DNA of 64,000 bases from Rickettsiales bacterium. Its GTDB lineage: Bacteria; Pseudomonadota; Alphaproteobacteria; Rickettsiales; Rickettsiaceae. The notes under the pieces were generated by a model. That model was not told the DNA's origin and did no database searches. It saw nothing but the letters and a program-made list of their open reading frames with translations. The first letter of the stretch is position 1. Each line of letters starts with the position of its first letter. Made by a program: the position numbers and the translations under genes. Of this stretch, positions 1-9,588 are shown in pieces. The stretch is from assembly GCA_046348705.1 (NCBI GenBank), contig JAXMDS010000004.1:9755-73754 (forward strand), given 5' to 3'.

Positions 1-1
1 A

Positions 2-217
2 ACTGTTACTCTGCTAGATCTTGAAAATGGAGATAAAATAATTACATATTCAATTGTCAGTGAATATGAGTCTGATTTAAGTAAAAAATTAATTTCTTAT
101 ACTTCTCCTATGGCACAAAGTTTAATAGGGTCTAAAAAAGGTGATATTATAGAGGTAAGCACTAATAATAAAAATTATGAAATTTTAAAAATTGAATATA
201 AAGAAATTATTGTATAA
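2..217 (+). CDS. greA: Transcription elongation factor GreA, C-terminal 71 codons (5' part lies left of the window); second greA copy
   Basis: Frame 2 reads TVTLLDLENGDKIITYSIVSEYESDLSKKLISYTSPMAQSLIGSKKGDIIEVSTNNKNYEILKIEYKEIIV*. It is collinear with the C-terminus of the full GreA ORF at 32450..32944 (TVKLFDLDKEKEIQYSIVSEYESDIGKKLISITSPMSQALIGSKVGDIIEVSTNNKNYEILHIEYKEIII*). Confidence 0.85.
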   Translation, partial: TVTLLDLENGDKIITYSIVSEYESDLSKKLISYTSPMAQSLIGSKKGDIIEVSTNNKNYEILKIEYKEIIV

Positions 218-353
218 AAATATCACATTATTTAAAATTAAAATCATTATTATTAATAGTAAAATTAGTATAATTTAATATTATATTATATTTACTATTG
301 TTTATTTACTATTAAATATGATATAATTACAATTATTATTGTAATTTTTAATT

Positions 354-3188
354 ATGAGAGAAAAAACTCAAAATAAAAAAAATAAAAATAAAAATAGTGT
401 TACTAATAACATTTTAGGAAAAAGAAACCTAAATAATAATGATAATCTGTACACTGATAAGCCCTATAAAATATTAAAAACAAATAAATATGCTAAATCT
501 CTAGATTTTAATGCACTTAATGATAATCTTACTAAAGATAGTTTAATTAATAATAGTTTTGAAGCTGATATTTATAAGAGCTATTCAAAAAAAAAAAAAT
601 TAGGTATTGAGCTTAATAAACAGATTCAAAAAAGAAAACAAGATACTTATTTAGATGATTTTCATTTTAATTATAATACAAAAAAAACACATGAAGATAT
701 TTTAGAAAAAGTAAAACAACCCAGAGAAGCTGAGCTTCAGCAAATGCGTCAAAACATAAAAATTGAGCCTCAGCAAATGCCTCAAAACATAAAAATTGAG
801 CCTCAGCAAATGTCTCAAAACAGCGAAATTGACCTTCAGCAAATGCGTCAAAACATAAAAATTGAACCTCAGCAAAGGTATCAAGACATAAAAATTAAGA
901 CTCAGCAAATGCTCCAACATAAAGAAATTGAGCTTCAGAAAATGCGCCAACATAAAGAAATTGAGCCTCAGCAAATGCACCAAGACAAAAAAATTGAGCC
1001 TCAGCAAATGCATCAAGACATAAAAATTAAGACTCAGCAAACGCATAATAAGGAATATAATAAACAAAAGTTATTAAAAAAGAAAAAAGTAATAAAAGAA
1101 ATTAAGCTAATACAAGAATCTAATCTAAAAGTAAATATACAAGCAAAGTTGCATACAGAAAAAGTAGAATCAAGTGATCATGATTCTGATTATGATATAA
1201 CACAAAAAAATATAAAAAAAACAAAATCAGATTATTTTGGTCGTCAATATAATCTTCGTAACTCATTAAAATCAAAGCAAAAATTTAATTTAAAAGAAAA
1301 AGAAGATTCAAGAGATAGTAATAAACCAATTGAATTAGATAAAGAATCAAGTGCTTCAGATTATACAGATCTAGCCTCAGAAGCAATAAAATCTGAATCT
1401 CAATTACAAATACCTAATCCTCAATTACAAATACCTAAACCTCAATTACAAATAAAAACTCAAAAAATTAAAAAAGCTCAAAAAATAAAAAATACTAAAG
1501 AAAAATTAGAATTAGAAAAATTAATTATTTTAACATCTAATAATATAGATCAATATTTATTAACTAAACAACAAACAAAAACTCAACAAAGCCTAAATAC
1601 TAAAAAAGTATTAATAAAAGCTTACAATAAACGAAAAGAACAATGTAAAAAAATTATAATAAAAGCAGAAGAATATTTTAACAGTGATGTAAAAAAAAAT
1701 TTACCTAATGAATTAAGTAAACATTATTTCTTAGGATTAAGTAAATATTATTTCTTTGGATTAAATGATACTTATCAGAAAATAAATATAGAAGCAATTA
1801 AAAAAAATTTTATTGATACATTTCAAGCTAAAATTAAACAATATAGAAAAGACAAAACTAATCTCTCCTTAAGTAAATATATTGAAATAGAATTTATATA
1901 TGATGAATTAAAGTTAATAATCAATTCAGAAAAAAAAAATGATCCAGAAGATATTGATACATTAAATAATAAGCAATATAGATTAAAAAATACTAAATCT
2001 AGTGAGTTTTTTATAACACATCTAAAAGAATCATTAACAGAAACAGAATATGAATTAAGACTTAAAAAAAATAGCGATAAAATTGAATCTTTTTATATAT
2101 CAAAACAAGAAATTAAAACTGCTTATTTAAAAAAAATGCATAATATATTATTGCAAGATAGACCAATGATAAATAATTTATATAACTTGCAATCAGGCGA
2201 AATGTTTTATAAAAATGATAATGAGGATAATAATCTATGTAATTCACAAAAGATTAAATACGATCAAAATTTACGTGTATTTAATGTACAGAAAGATATT
2301 TTCTGTATAAAATATTTAAGATTTTTAGTTAATATAGTTCATATTATTAATAATTCAAAAGAATTTAATAGTAATAGTAATATATTAACTCAAGCAGAAA
2401 AAAAAGAATTTAAGACTATTTATTCAAAAGAAGTAAGAACTTTAAAAGAATTTTATCAACCTTTAAATGAAAAAATTTTAAGTAATCTAAAAAACACTGA
2501 AGAAATTTTAAATGAATATAAAGAATTGTTCTTCAAAGAATTTGAAAAACAAATATTTAAAATAATTGACAAAATAGATATTGAAAGAGATTTAAAATTA
2601 TCGAATAATTATTTTATTAGTAGAAATTATTTTAAAAAAATTGAACAAACATACTCTAACAAATTAAATATTCATAAAAAAGTTTTTGAACATATAAAAA
2701 ATGAATATAAAACAAAATTAGAAAATATTTTTAACAAATGTAAAGAAAAAGAAGTTATTAAGGAATTTTTTGAATGTTTTATTGAAGAATTAAGTTTATT
2801 GCACTTATTACAAAGAAAAATAATATTTTCTTTCAAGAAAGCATTTTTATACAAAAAAATATTGTTTTGCATAAAAGAAACTAATAAACATATACCAAAT
2901 TTAAATTTAAACAATCATATTCAAGATAAAAACCCAGCTTTAAAAGATAATACTGAAGTTGAAAATCAAGAGCCAGAAGATGATACTGAAGATGAAAATC
3001 AAGAGTCAGAAAATGATACTGAAGCTCTAGAAGATGATACTGAAGATGAAAATCAAGAGCCAGAAGATGATACTAAAGCTTTAAAAGATAATACTGAAAA
3101 TAAAAAAGTATTTGTCGAATCTGATGATGATTTGATGGCCTCTGAAGAAGATCTTTTAGGTAAACTTAATTCTGATGTCTTTGAATAA
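354..3188 (+). CDS. Orphan 944-aa Lys/Asn/Gln-rich repeat protein (no family recognised)
   Basis: Long uninterrupted ORF in a genome where random ORFs are short. It holds several in-frame tandem repeats: 33-bp x10 (QQMRQNIKIEP-type), 21-bp x3 (PQLQIP, 1401..1460), LSKHYFLG/LSKYYFFG, and 33-bp acidic units DDTEDENQEPE (about 2944..3100). The tail is acidic. An A12 run lies at 588..599. Confidence 0.6.
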   Translation: MREKTQNKKNKNKNSVTNNILGKRNLNNNDNLYTDKPYKILKTNKYAKSLDFNALNDNLTKDSLINNSFEADIYKSYSKKKKLGIELNKQIQKRKQDTYLDDFHFNYNTKKTHEDILEKVKQPREAELQQMRQNIKIEPQQMPQNIKIEPQQMSQNSEIDLQQMRQNIKIEPQQRYQDIKIKTQQMLQHKEIELQKMRQHKEIEPQQMHQDKKIEPQQMHQDIKIKTQQTHNKEYNKQKLLKKKKVIKEIKLIQESNLKVNIQAKLHTEKVESSDHDSDYDITQKNIKKTKSDYFGRQYNLRNSLKSKQKFNLKEKEDSRDSNKPIELDKESSASDYTDLASEAIKSESQLQIPNPQLQIPKPQLQIKTQKIKKAQKIKNTKEKLELEKLIILTSNNIDQYLLTKQQTKTQQSLNTKKVLIKAYNKRKEQCKKIIIKAEEYFNSDVKKNLPNELSKHYFLGLSKYYFFGLNDTYQKINIEAIKKNFIDTFQAKIKQYRKDKTNLSLSKYIEIEFIYDELKLIINSEKKNDPEDIDTLNNKQYRLKNTKSSEFFITHLKESLTETEYELRLKKNSDKIESFYISKQEIKTAYLKKMHNILLQDRPMINNLYNLQSGEMFYKNDNEDNNLCNSQKIKYDQNLRVFNVQKDIFCIKYLRFLVNIVHIINNSKEFNSNSNILTQAEKKEFKTIYSKEVRTLKEFYQPLNEKILSNLKNTEEILNEYKELFFKEFEKQIFKIIDKIDIERDLKLSNNYFISRNYFKKIEQTYSNKLNIHKKVFEHIKNEYKTKLENIFNKCKEKEVIKEFFECFIEELSLLHLLQRKIIFSFKKAFLYKKILFCIKETNKHIPNLNLNNHIQDKNPALKDNTEVENQEPEDDTEDENQESENDTEALEDDTEDENQEPEDDTKALKDNTENKKVFVESDDDLMASEEDLLGKLNSDVFE
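738..1067. repeat. 33-bp in-frame tandem repeat, about 10 units, inside ORF 354..3188
   Basis: CAGCAAATG recurs at 738, 771, 804, 837, 870, 903, 936, 969, 1002 and 1035 (period 33). Units diverge at a few positions. Confidence 0.9.
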
Positions 3189-3235
3189 AGATGAATAGTC
3201 TTAAATATTATTACTAACTCTTAATTAAGTATAAA

Positions 3236-3254
3236 TTAGATTATTATAATCTAA
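3236..3254. terminator. Possible bidirectional hairpin between convergent genes
   Basis: TTAGATTAT-T-ATAATCTAA is a perfect 9-bp inverted repeat between the stop of ORF 354..3188 (+) and the stop of the ntrX-like gene (-). It is AT-only, so weak. Confidence 0.25.
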
Positions 3255-3290
3255 TAAAGATAAATAATAATTAAAAGCAATTATAATAAA

Positions 3291-4901
3291 TTATTTACTT
3301 TCTTGATTATTTACTAATATATCTAAATTAACTTGTTCATAATTAGGATTATTAAAATTCTTAGTTAAATTAGATGGCATATAACCACTAAATTTTTTCA
3401 TTTTATGTATATCTCTTAAAGTTTTAAAATCATTTCGTAAAAGCGGTATATTTTCAATAATTAATTCTGGATCTTTAGAAATACAAAAATTTATACTATC
3501 TGTTAAGTTTTTCATTTTACGATGCAATGCTGATCTTTCCATAGATAATTTTTCTGCTGTTTTTGTAACATTAAATCCATTGTCTTGTAATTGTTTGCTA
3601 ATAAATTTTAATTGGAAAAATTTTGTTGCTTCAGATAAAGATAGTTTATAAATATCAATATTTGTATTACTTGAAACAATAGCAGTATTATCATTTAATA
3701 TTTCTTTAGGTAATGAATTAATTTGAATTATATCATTTTGCGATTGATCCATAATTAAAGCCCATTCTACTATATTTTTAAGTTGCATTACATCTCCTGG
3801 CCAGTCATATGATTCTAAAATATTGATAATATTTCTTGAGAACTTTTTTTGTTTTAAGCCAGATATAATGCTAATTTGTTTTGCAAAATGTTCAACCAAT
3901 AAAGTAATATCTTCTTTTCTATCTTCAAGAGCAGGTATACGAATTGGTAATATATTTATTCTGTTTAATAATTCTTGCTTAAACTTGCCTTGAATTACTA
4001 AATCTTCTAAATTTTTTGATGTGCTACAAATAAATCTAAAATCAAGCTTAATTTCATGATTATTTGTATAATTAATTATAATTTGTTCTTGTAAAATTTT
4101 ATTTAATTTAGATTGACATTCAAGTGGCAAGCTATCAATATTATGAATATATAAAGTTCCTCTATATGCTTTTTCAAATAAACTTTCTCTTCTTAGTTTA
4201 TTTAAATGATCCATACTAAATTCGCTAAATAATTCTTGATTAATTTGCTCCTTTGTCATCTCGGATGGATTAAAATATATAAAAGATCCACTATTTGCAA
4301 ATTTTGATTTGTTATGTATAATTTTTGCAACTAATTCTTTACAACTACCAGCATGACCAGAAATTAAAATACGACCATATGAAGGTGCAATTTTATCAAT
4401 TTCTAATCTTAATTTATCAATAACTTTTGATGTACCTATAATTTCATGCTCTTCTACAATTTTAGATTTTAATATTTTATTTTCTTTTGTAAGATTTGAA
4501 TTTTCTAAAGCTCTTTGAACTAATAGTAATACTTTTTCAGGAATAAATGGTTTTTCTAAATAGTCATATGCACCTATTTGTGTTGCTATAATTGCATTTT
4601 CAAGACTATTTGAATTGGTCATCATAATAACTGGTATATTATATTGATGCTTTATAGTTTCTAAAACACTTATACCATCCATATGACTACCTTTTAACCA
4701 ATTATCTAGCAAAACAAGATCAGAAGGCTTTCTATTAATACTATCAATAGCCTCTGTACTATTTTTTGCAAGTTTTACATTAAATCCTGCTTGTTTTAAA
4801 ATAGTTTGTAATACTTGTCTTGTCTCTAGACTATCGTCTACGACTAGTATTTCAATATTATTTTTATTAAAATTTTTTATCATATATTTTTTAATTTTCA
4901 A
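3291..4901 (-). CDS. ntrX: NtrX/NtrC-family response regulator (receiver + degenerate AAA+ + Fis-type HTH)
   Basis: Receiver motifs: VVDDS, DLVLLDNWL, VIMMT, LEKPF. The AAA+ core aligns with NtrC: GHAGSCKELVAKIIH (Walker A), RGTLYIHNI (Walker B position), EDRKEDI, WPGDVMQLKN. C-terminal HTH: NVTKTAEKLSMERSALHRKMKNL. No GAFTGA loop. Confidence 0.7.
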   Translation of the reverse strand: MKIKKYMIKNFNKNNIEILVVDDSLETRQVLQTILKQAGFNVKLAKNSTEAIDSINRKPSDLVLLDNWLKGSHMDGISVLETIKHQYNIPVIMMTNSNSLENAIIATQIGAYDYLEKPFIPEKVLLLVQRALENSNLTKENKILKSKIVEEHEIIGTSKVIDKLRLEIDKIAPSYGRILISGHAGSCKELVAKIIHNKSKFANSGSFIYFNPSEMTKEQINQELFSEFSMDHLNKLRRESLFEKAYRGTLYIHNIDSLPLECQSKLNKILQEQIIINYTNNHEIKLDFRFICSTSKNLEDLVIQGKFKQELLNRINILPIRIPALEDRKEDITLLVEHFAKQISIISGLKQKKFSRNIINILESYDWPGDVMQLKNIVEWALIMDQSQNDIIQINSLPKEILNDNTAIVSSNTNIDIYKLSLSEATKFFQLKFISKQLQDNGFNVTKTAEKLSMERSALHRKMKNLTDSINFCISKDPELIIENIPLLRNDFKTLRDIHKMKKFSGYMPSNLTKNFNNPNYEQVNLDILVNNQESK

Positions 4902-5107
4902 ATTTTATTTTATATTTTTATCGTTAAAGTTGTATCAAATTTAATTTTATTTATTATAAATTTAATTATAAGTTGCTAAAATACAATTTTGTGTTAATAA
5001 TTTATATTTTGCCGCTCAAGATGATGTATTTGCGCATCTTTTTGAGTCTTTGTTTTTCTAAAAAATCTAATAATTTCCATCTACTTTTAAATCTTAGGTT
5101 GAAAAAT

Positions 5108-5860
5108 TTATTCTATAAATTTAGTTAAAATTTCCGCTTTTCCTTCTTCATTTATTCCAATTGTATGCTCAAATTGCGCAGATAAAGAACCATCTTTTGT
5201 TTTAACGGTCCATTTATCTTGCATAAGTTTTGTTTCTGGTGCGCCTATATTTATCATCGGCTCAATTGTAAATATCATTCCTGGTAAAATAGACATACCT
5301 GTATTTGGTTTTCCGAAATGCAGTATTTGAGGCTCTTCATGCATAGATTTACCTATTCCGTGGCCACAATAATCTCGCACAACTGAAAATCCATTTGCTT
5401 CAACAAAATTTTGAATTGCAAAACCAATATCTCCTAATTTATTTCCATATTTAGCTGCATCGATGCCCAAATATAGCGCTTGTCTGCATACATCTATTAA
5501 TTTTTGAGCTTGTTCTGATATTTTTCCTACTTTAAACATTCTGCAAGCATCAGCATGCATGCCATCCTTTTCTACTACCAAATCAATATTAATAATATCT
5601 CCTTCTTTTAAAATATCTTTTTTATTAGGAATGCCATGACATATTACATCATTAATAGAAGTACAGATTGATTTAGGAAAGCCTTTATAATTTAAACAAG
5701 CAGGTCTACCACCATGTTTAATAATAAATTGATGACATAAATCATCTAATTCTTTAGTAGAAACTCCAGGCTTAATAAATTCTTCAATATAATTTAAAAC
5801 TTTTGCAACAATTTTACCGCTTTCTTTAACTCTCTTAAAATCATCTATTGAATATTGCAT
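5108..5860 (-). CDS. map: Methionine aminopeptidase type I
   Basis: VICHGIP, DIINIDLVVEKDGMHAD, YCGHGIGKSMHEEP, FTIEPMI, QFEHT. These form the canonical metal-ligand pattern. Confidence 0.9.
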   Translation of the reverse strand: MQYSIDDFKRVKESGKIVAKVLNYIEEFIKPGVSTKELDDLCHQFIIKHGGRPACLNYKGFPKSICTSINDVICHGIPNKKDILKEGDIINIDLVVEKDGMHADACRMFKVGKISEQAQKLIDVCRQALYLGIDAAKYGNKLGDIGFAIQNFVEANGFSVVRDYCGHGIGKSMHEEPQILHFGKPNTGMSILPGMIFTIEPMINIGAPETKLMQDKWTVKTKDGSLSAQFEHTIGINEEGKAEILTKFIE

Positions 5861-6045
5861 ATATTTTCATCAATACAAATAAAACATATTTATATTATTT
5901 ATATCATTACTATTATAAAAATAGAAATATTTTTAGTATATATATTTTATATATATAATAAATTCAATTTAGAATTGATAATTTCAATTAATAAGTAATA
6001 ATATTATTAATTTTTTCAAGCTCTAATTGAAAAATAATAATTATA

Positions 6046-7044
6046 TTATTTTTTTAATTGATACATTTTTGACAAATCTTTTTTATTTAACCTTTTTGGC
6101 TTGCCAAATATATTAGGATCACGCAATATAAATAAATTTTTATCAATATCTATAATAAATCGTAAATCGCTAAATTCTAATATAATTGAATCTGTTTCAT
6201 TTTCAATAATTTCAATTGATGCAATTGATGTAATAATAAATTCTTCTTTTTTTTGATTATTTAATATTTTTTTATTACTAAATGTTAATTTTGCTACAAA
6301 TGAATTTTCATATTGCATAACTATATGGTCTTGATTATCTGCTGATGTAATTTCAATAATTTCTGAACTTTTACCAAAAGAGCCAGTTAATAAAAAATTC
6401 CATAAGTCAAATTGTATAGAATCTTTAATTAAAGAGTTTAATTTATAATCATAAACTGCAATATTAGAATTATTTAAAATAATTAAAAGTGGATGAGGCT
6501 CGAAATAATTACATCTAAGACCATATTTTTTGCTTACAATTAACGTGCCAGCACTTATATTGCTATTAATATTAGATATTTGTTTAAAATCAATAATAAA
6601 ATCAGGTAGATTTTTTAAATAATTTTGCACTCTTTCTAAAATTAAATCTTCAGTTTTTGTTTTATTTTTAGTTTCTTGTTCTGTTTGTATATTATTTTCT
6701 TGAATTTTTAAATTATTATTGATATTAATTTTTTTGCTAGTTAATTGTTTTGTATTAACATTTCTTGCTTTAATATTGTTATTATTATCTTTAGATATAT
6801 TGTTATTATTATCTTTAGATATATTGTTATTATTATCTTTAGATATATTGTTATTATTATCTTTAGATATATTGGAAAGAATTTTATTATTTTCTTGTTT
6901 TATATTAGCATTTTTTACTTTAATGCTAATATTAGAATCGTTATTATTTGAAGTGTTGATATTTTTTTTATCTGCATATATAAAAGAATTTTCATAATAT
7001 AAACAATTAACTATAGGTATAGAAAAAAATAAAAAATATTGCAA
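6046..7044 (-). CDS. LolA-like periplasmic lipoprotein carrier with N-terminal signal peptide and Asn-rich repeat insertion
   Basis: Hydrophobic N-terminus MQYFLFFSIPIVNCLY. The C-terminal roughly 190 aa fit the LolA pattern (DFKQ...AGTLIVSKKYGLRCNYFEPHPLLIILNNSNIAVYDYKLN...FLLTG). The ISKDNNNN x4 insertion precedes that domain. Confidence 0.45.
   Translation of the reverse strand: MQYFLFFSIPIVNCLYYENSFIYADKKNINTSNNNDSNISIKVKNANIKQENNKILSNISKDNNNNISKDNNNNISKDNNNNISKDNNNNIKARNVNTKQLTSKKININNNLKIQENNIQTEQETKNKTKTEDLILERVQNYLKNLPDFIIDFKQISNINSNISAGTLIVSKKYGLRCNYFEPHPLLIILNNSNIAVYDYKLNSLIKDSIQFDLWNFLLTGSFGKSSEIIEITSADNQDHIVMQYENSFVAKLTFSNKKILNNQKKEEFIITSIASIEIIENETDSIILEFSDLRFIIDIDKNLFILRDPNIFGKPKRLNKKDLSKMYQLKK
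6773..6868. repeat. 24-bp in-frame tandem repeat x4 inside the LolA-like gene
   Basis: ATATTGTTATTATTATCTTTAGAT starts at 6773, 6797, 6821 and 6845. It encodes ISKDNNNN x4 on the minus strand. Confidence 0.9.
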
Positions 7045-7404
7045 ATATAAAAGATGAAAAATAATTTAACATAATATAAATATATATTTATATTAATTAT
7101 ATATATATTTTAAATAAATAAATAATGCTTATTTGTTTATAAGTAAAAAGCAAGTATTTTGCATTTTATTATAGAAGAAAATTTTAATATTTATAAATAT
7201 AGTTCTTGAGGATTAAATTTTAAATTGATATGATTTAAGCAAACTGATATTTTTTTAAATTTATTTTTAAAAATTTCACTTATAGGGTTTCCATAGTTTA
7301 AATATAAATTAATCAAATTTAATATTTTAAAACATTTATTTTATAAAAAAAATAATTAAATATAAACTTATTTATCACATTAAATTCAGATAAATTACTA
7401 AAAA

Positions 7405-8356
7405 TTAGTATATAATTATTGTTAATATAATAATTATAATATATAAAATTTTTAAATAAAAATTTAAAAATGTTAATTCATAATTAATGATCTTTTTATA
7501 ATAGATTTTTATATGTTTTAATAAATAACTTTTTTTATAATATGTTTCTAAAATATTACTTAGATAATATTTATTATTAAATGTTGGAATTAAAATGTAC
7601 TTATGTTGATATAATAAAAATAAAATTGAATAAATTGCTAAATATATATTAGTATTATTATCGGCTAATCTATACTCTAAGCGCATAATTGGAGAATATA
7701 AAATTCTAATTAAACTAAAACGATTGTCAACTCCAAAGCAAATATGCGTTGGAGATAAGAACTTATTACTTAACCTTTTACAACTTTGTTTATTATTTAA
7801 AAAAATTAATAATATTTTTTCTATATTATGGCATAAAATTGCACTTGCGGCCTGTAAAGTATTCTGTGTTGCAATATTTTCTAAAAGTAAATTATTAAAG
7901 CTTAAATTAATATGTAAAGAATTACCATATTGAGAAGCAAAAGGCTTTGGTTTCAATTTAAATTTTTGTTTTTTTAGAAAAATTTTTAATGCATTTAAAA
8001 TTGCAATACCCAAAATTATATTATCAAAAGGACCTAATATTATTTCATATTGTAAATATCTTTTAGTTTGCCCTCTTTCTTTTACTAATTTAATATTCAA
8101 ATTTTTTAATTGAACTTCATTAATATATTTTTTTGTTAAAAGAAATAATTTAAAATTAAAAATAATTAATTCAGAATTATATTGTTTTTATATAAAACTC
8201 AACTTCAAACCCAATTTGTATTTTAATATTTTGCATATTAAATAAATCAATTAATATTTCTAGTGCATAATTTTGTTTTAAATTCAGATAAAACTTTGAT
8301 AGTTTTTGTTTTATACAATTGATATTAATTTCATTATAAAATTGATTTATATGCAT
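7405..8356 (-). pseudogene. glnA: Decayed glutamine synthetase-family gene (N-terminal fragment 8177..8356 plus ORF 7405..8100; the tail may extend to about 7210)
   Basis: GS motif blocks occur in the correct order on the minus strand. They are GFEVEFY (in a 59-codon fragment ending in a stop at 8177), KERGQTKRYLQYEI, KPKPFASQYGNSLHINLS (GSGxHxHxS position), NRFSLIRI, and RLEYRLADNNTNIYLA (RxExRxxDxxxNPYL position). There is an internal stop, the main ORF is opened only by a TTG, and consensus residues are degraded. Confidence 0.6.
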
Positions 8357-8485
8357 AATTTTTATAATATTTTTTATTATTTTTTATATTCTATAATCTT
8401 TACAATATTTTTTACATTATTTTTATATTATAAAAGTATATATCCACATACACATATATATTAGGATATATATACGCTTACATAA

Positions 8486-9517
8486 CTAATGAATTTTCTT
8501 AATAATACTTTTATATAAATCTATAATACTCGTAATGTAAATATTATTTACGTTATTGTAAGTGAATAATTTATATTGAAAACTATTAAACTTATTCTCT
8601 AACTCTAGTTGAATTTTTTGTTTTATACTATATTTATTCATAAAAAATAAAATATTTTTTATAATTTCATTTTTATTATAAATATTATCTTCTTTGTTAG
8701 AGAAAATTTGTTTTATATATAAATTAGCTTCCTTTTCTTTTGCCAATAATATCAAAGGTAAAGTAAATTTTTGTGTAAAAAAATCATTAAAAATATCCTT
8801 TCCTATATTATTTGCATTACCAAAATAATCAAGAATATCGTCAACCAATTGAAAAATAATGCCTATTTCAGTTCCGATAAATTTAAACAATTCTATATCA
8901 AATAATTTATTTTTAATATTAAATTTATGTGAATTATTAAATTCAAGTTCATATGCACAAATTGCCGTCATTTTAAATAATTCTGCTGTTTTGCTTTTAA
9001 TTATTTCATAATATTCATCTAGTTCAAGTTCCAAACTATTATATTGAGCTTGCATAATTTCTCCAGTTATAATTTTAGACATACTATCACAAACAATTCC
9101 TAATATTTTAGAGCTTTGATATTCGCTAATAATACTTAATGCTTTTGCTAATAAAAAGTCGCCAGTTAAAATACTTTTTTTATTTGTAAATTGTATGTGA
9201 GTAGTTTTTTTATATCTTCGTGTAATTGCTTCATCAATTACATCATCATGCAATAAAGTTGCAGTGTGAATTATTTCTATAGCTGAGCTAAATTTTATAA
9301 ATATATCTTGAAAGCATAAAATAATAATCTGATCTTTATCATTAACATTAGAAAAATTTTTAAGTCCTATTAATAAAAAAAATAATTTTGCTCTATTATA
9401 TTTAGCATCTTTAATTGAATATGTAATAATTTTATTAAGTATTGGTAAACTAGAATTTGAATACTCTAAAATTTTATTTTGTACTAAATATAAATTTTTT
9501 TCAATTAAGTTTAACAT
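8486..9517 (-). CDS. ispB: Polyprenyl (octaprenyl-type) diphosphate synthase
   Basis: First Asp-rich motif LLHDDVIDEAITRR, second FQLVDDILD, and GDFLLAKA between them. Confidence 0.85.
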   Translation of the reverse strand: MLNLIEKNLYLVQNKILEYSNSSLPILNKIITYSIKDAKYNRAKLFFLLIGLKNFSNVNDKDQIIILCFQDIFIKFSSAIEIIHTATLLHDDVIDEAITRRYKKTTHIQFTNKKSILTGDFLLAKALSIISEYQSSKILGIVCDSMSKIITGEIMQAQYNSLELELDEYYEIIKSKTAELFKMTAICAYELEFNNSHKFNIKNKLFDIELFKFIGTEIGIIFQLVDDILDYFGNANNIGKDIFNDFFTQKFTLPLILLAKEKEANLYIKQIFSNKEDNIYNKNEIIKNILFFMNKYSIKQKIQLELENKFNSFQYKLFTYNNVNNIYITSIIDLYKSIIKKIH

Positions 9518-9588
9518 TGATGCAAAAAATTAATAATTAAATTAATTATTGCATTTTTAATTATAACTATATAATATTGTATGGAAAA

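Noticed and set aside
702-1067. Antisense ORFs inside repeat-containing or long genes (702..1067, 2672..2914, 6719..6997, 6745..6951, 7724..7933, 15289..15603, 16097..16381, 21284..21526, 22401..22589, 24659..24871, 24920..25132, 27620..27802, 29971..30216, 30006..30206, 31349..31546, 31543..31797, 33313..33501, 33680..33868, 38609..38851, 39140..39364, 39553..39765, 46487..46678, 52599..52784, 53224..53430, 61799..62005)
   Set aside because: Each lies wholly within a longer ORF on the opposite strand that has motif support or much greater length. Their products are Phe/Leu/Ile-rich mirror images of Lys/Asn/Glu-rich genes, or periodic shadows of tandem repeats.
4980-5060. Slightly GC-enriched intergenic patch between map and the ntrX-like gene (GCCGCTCAAGATGATGTATTTGCGCATC), considered as a small RNA
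   Set aside because: I could find no convincing stem-loops or conserved RNA motifs by eye. It more likely holds promoter or 5' UTR sequence for the regulator.
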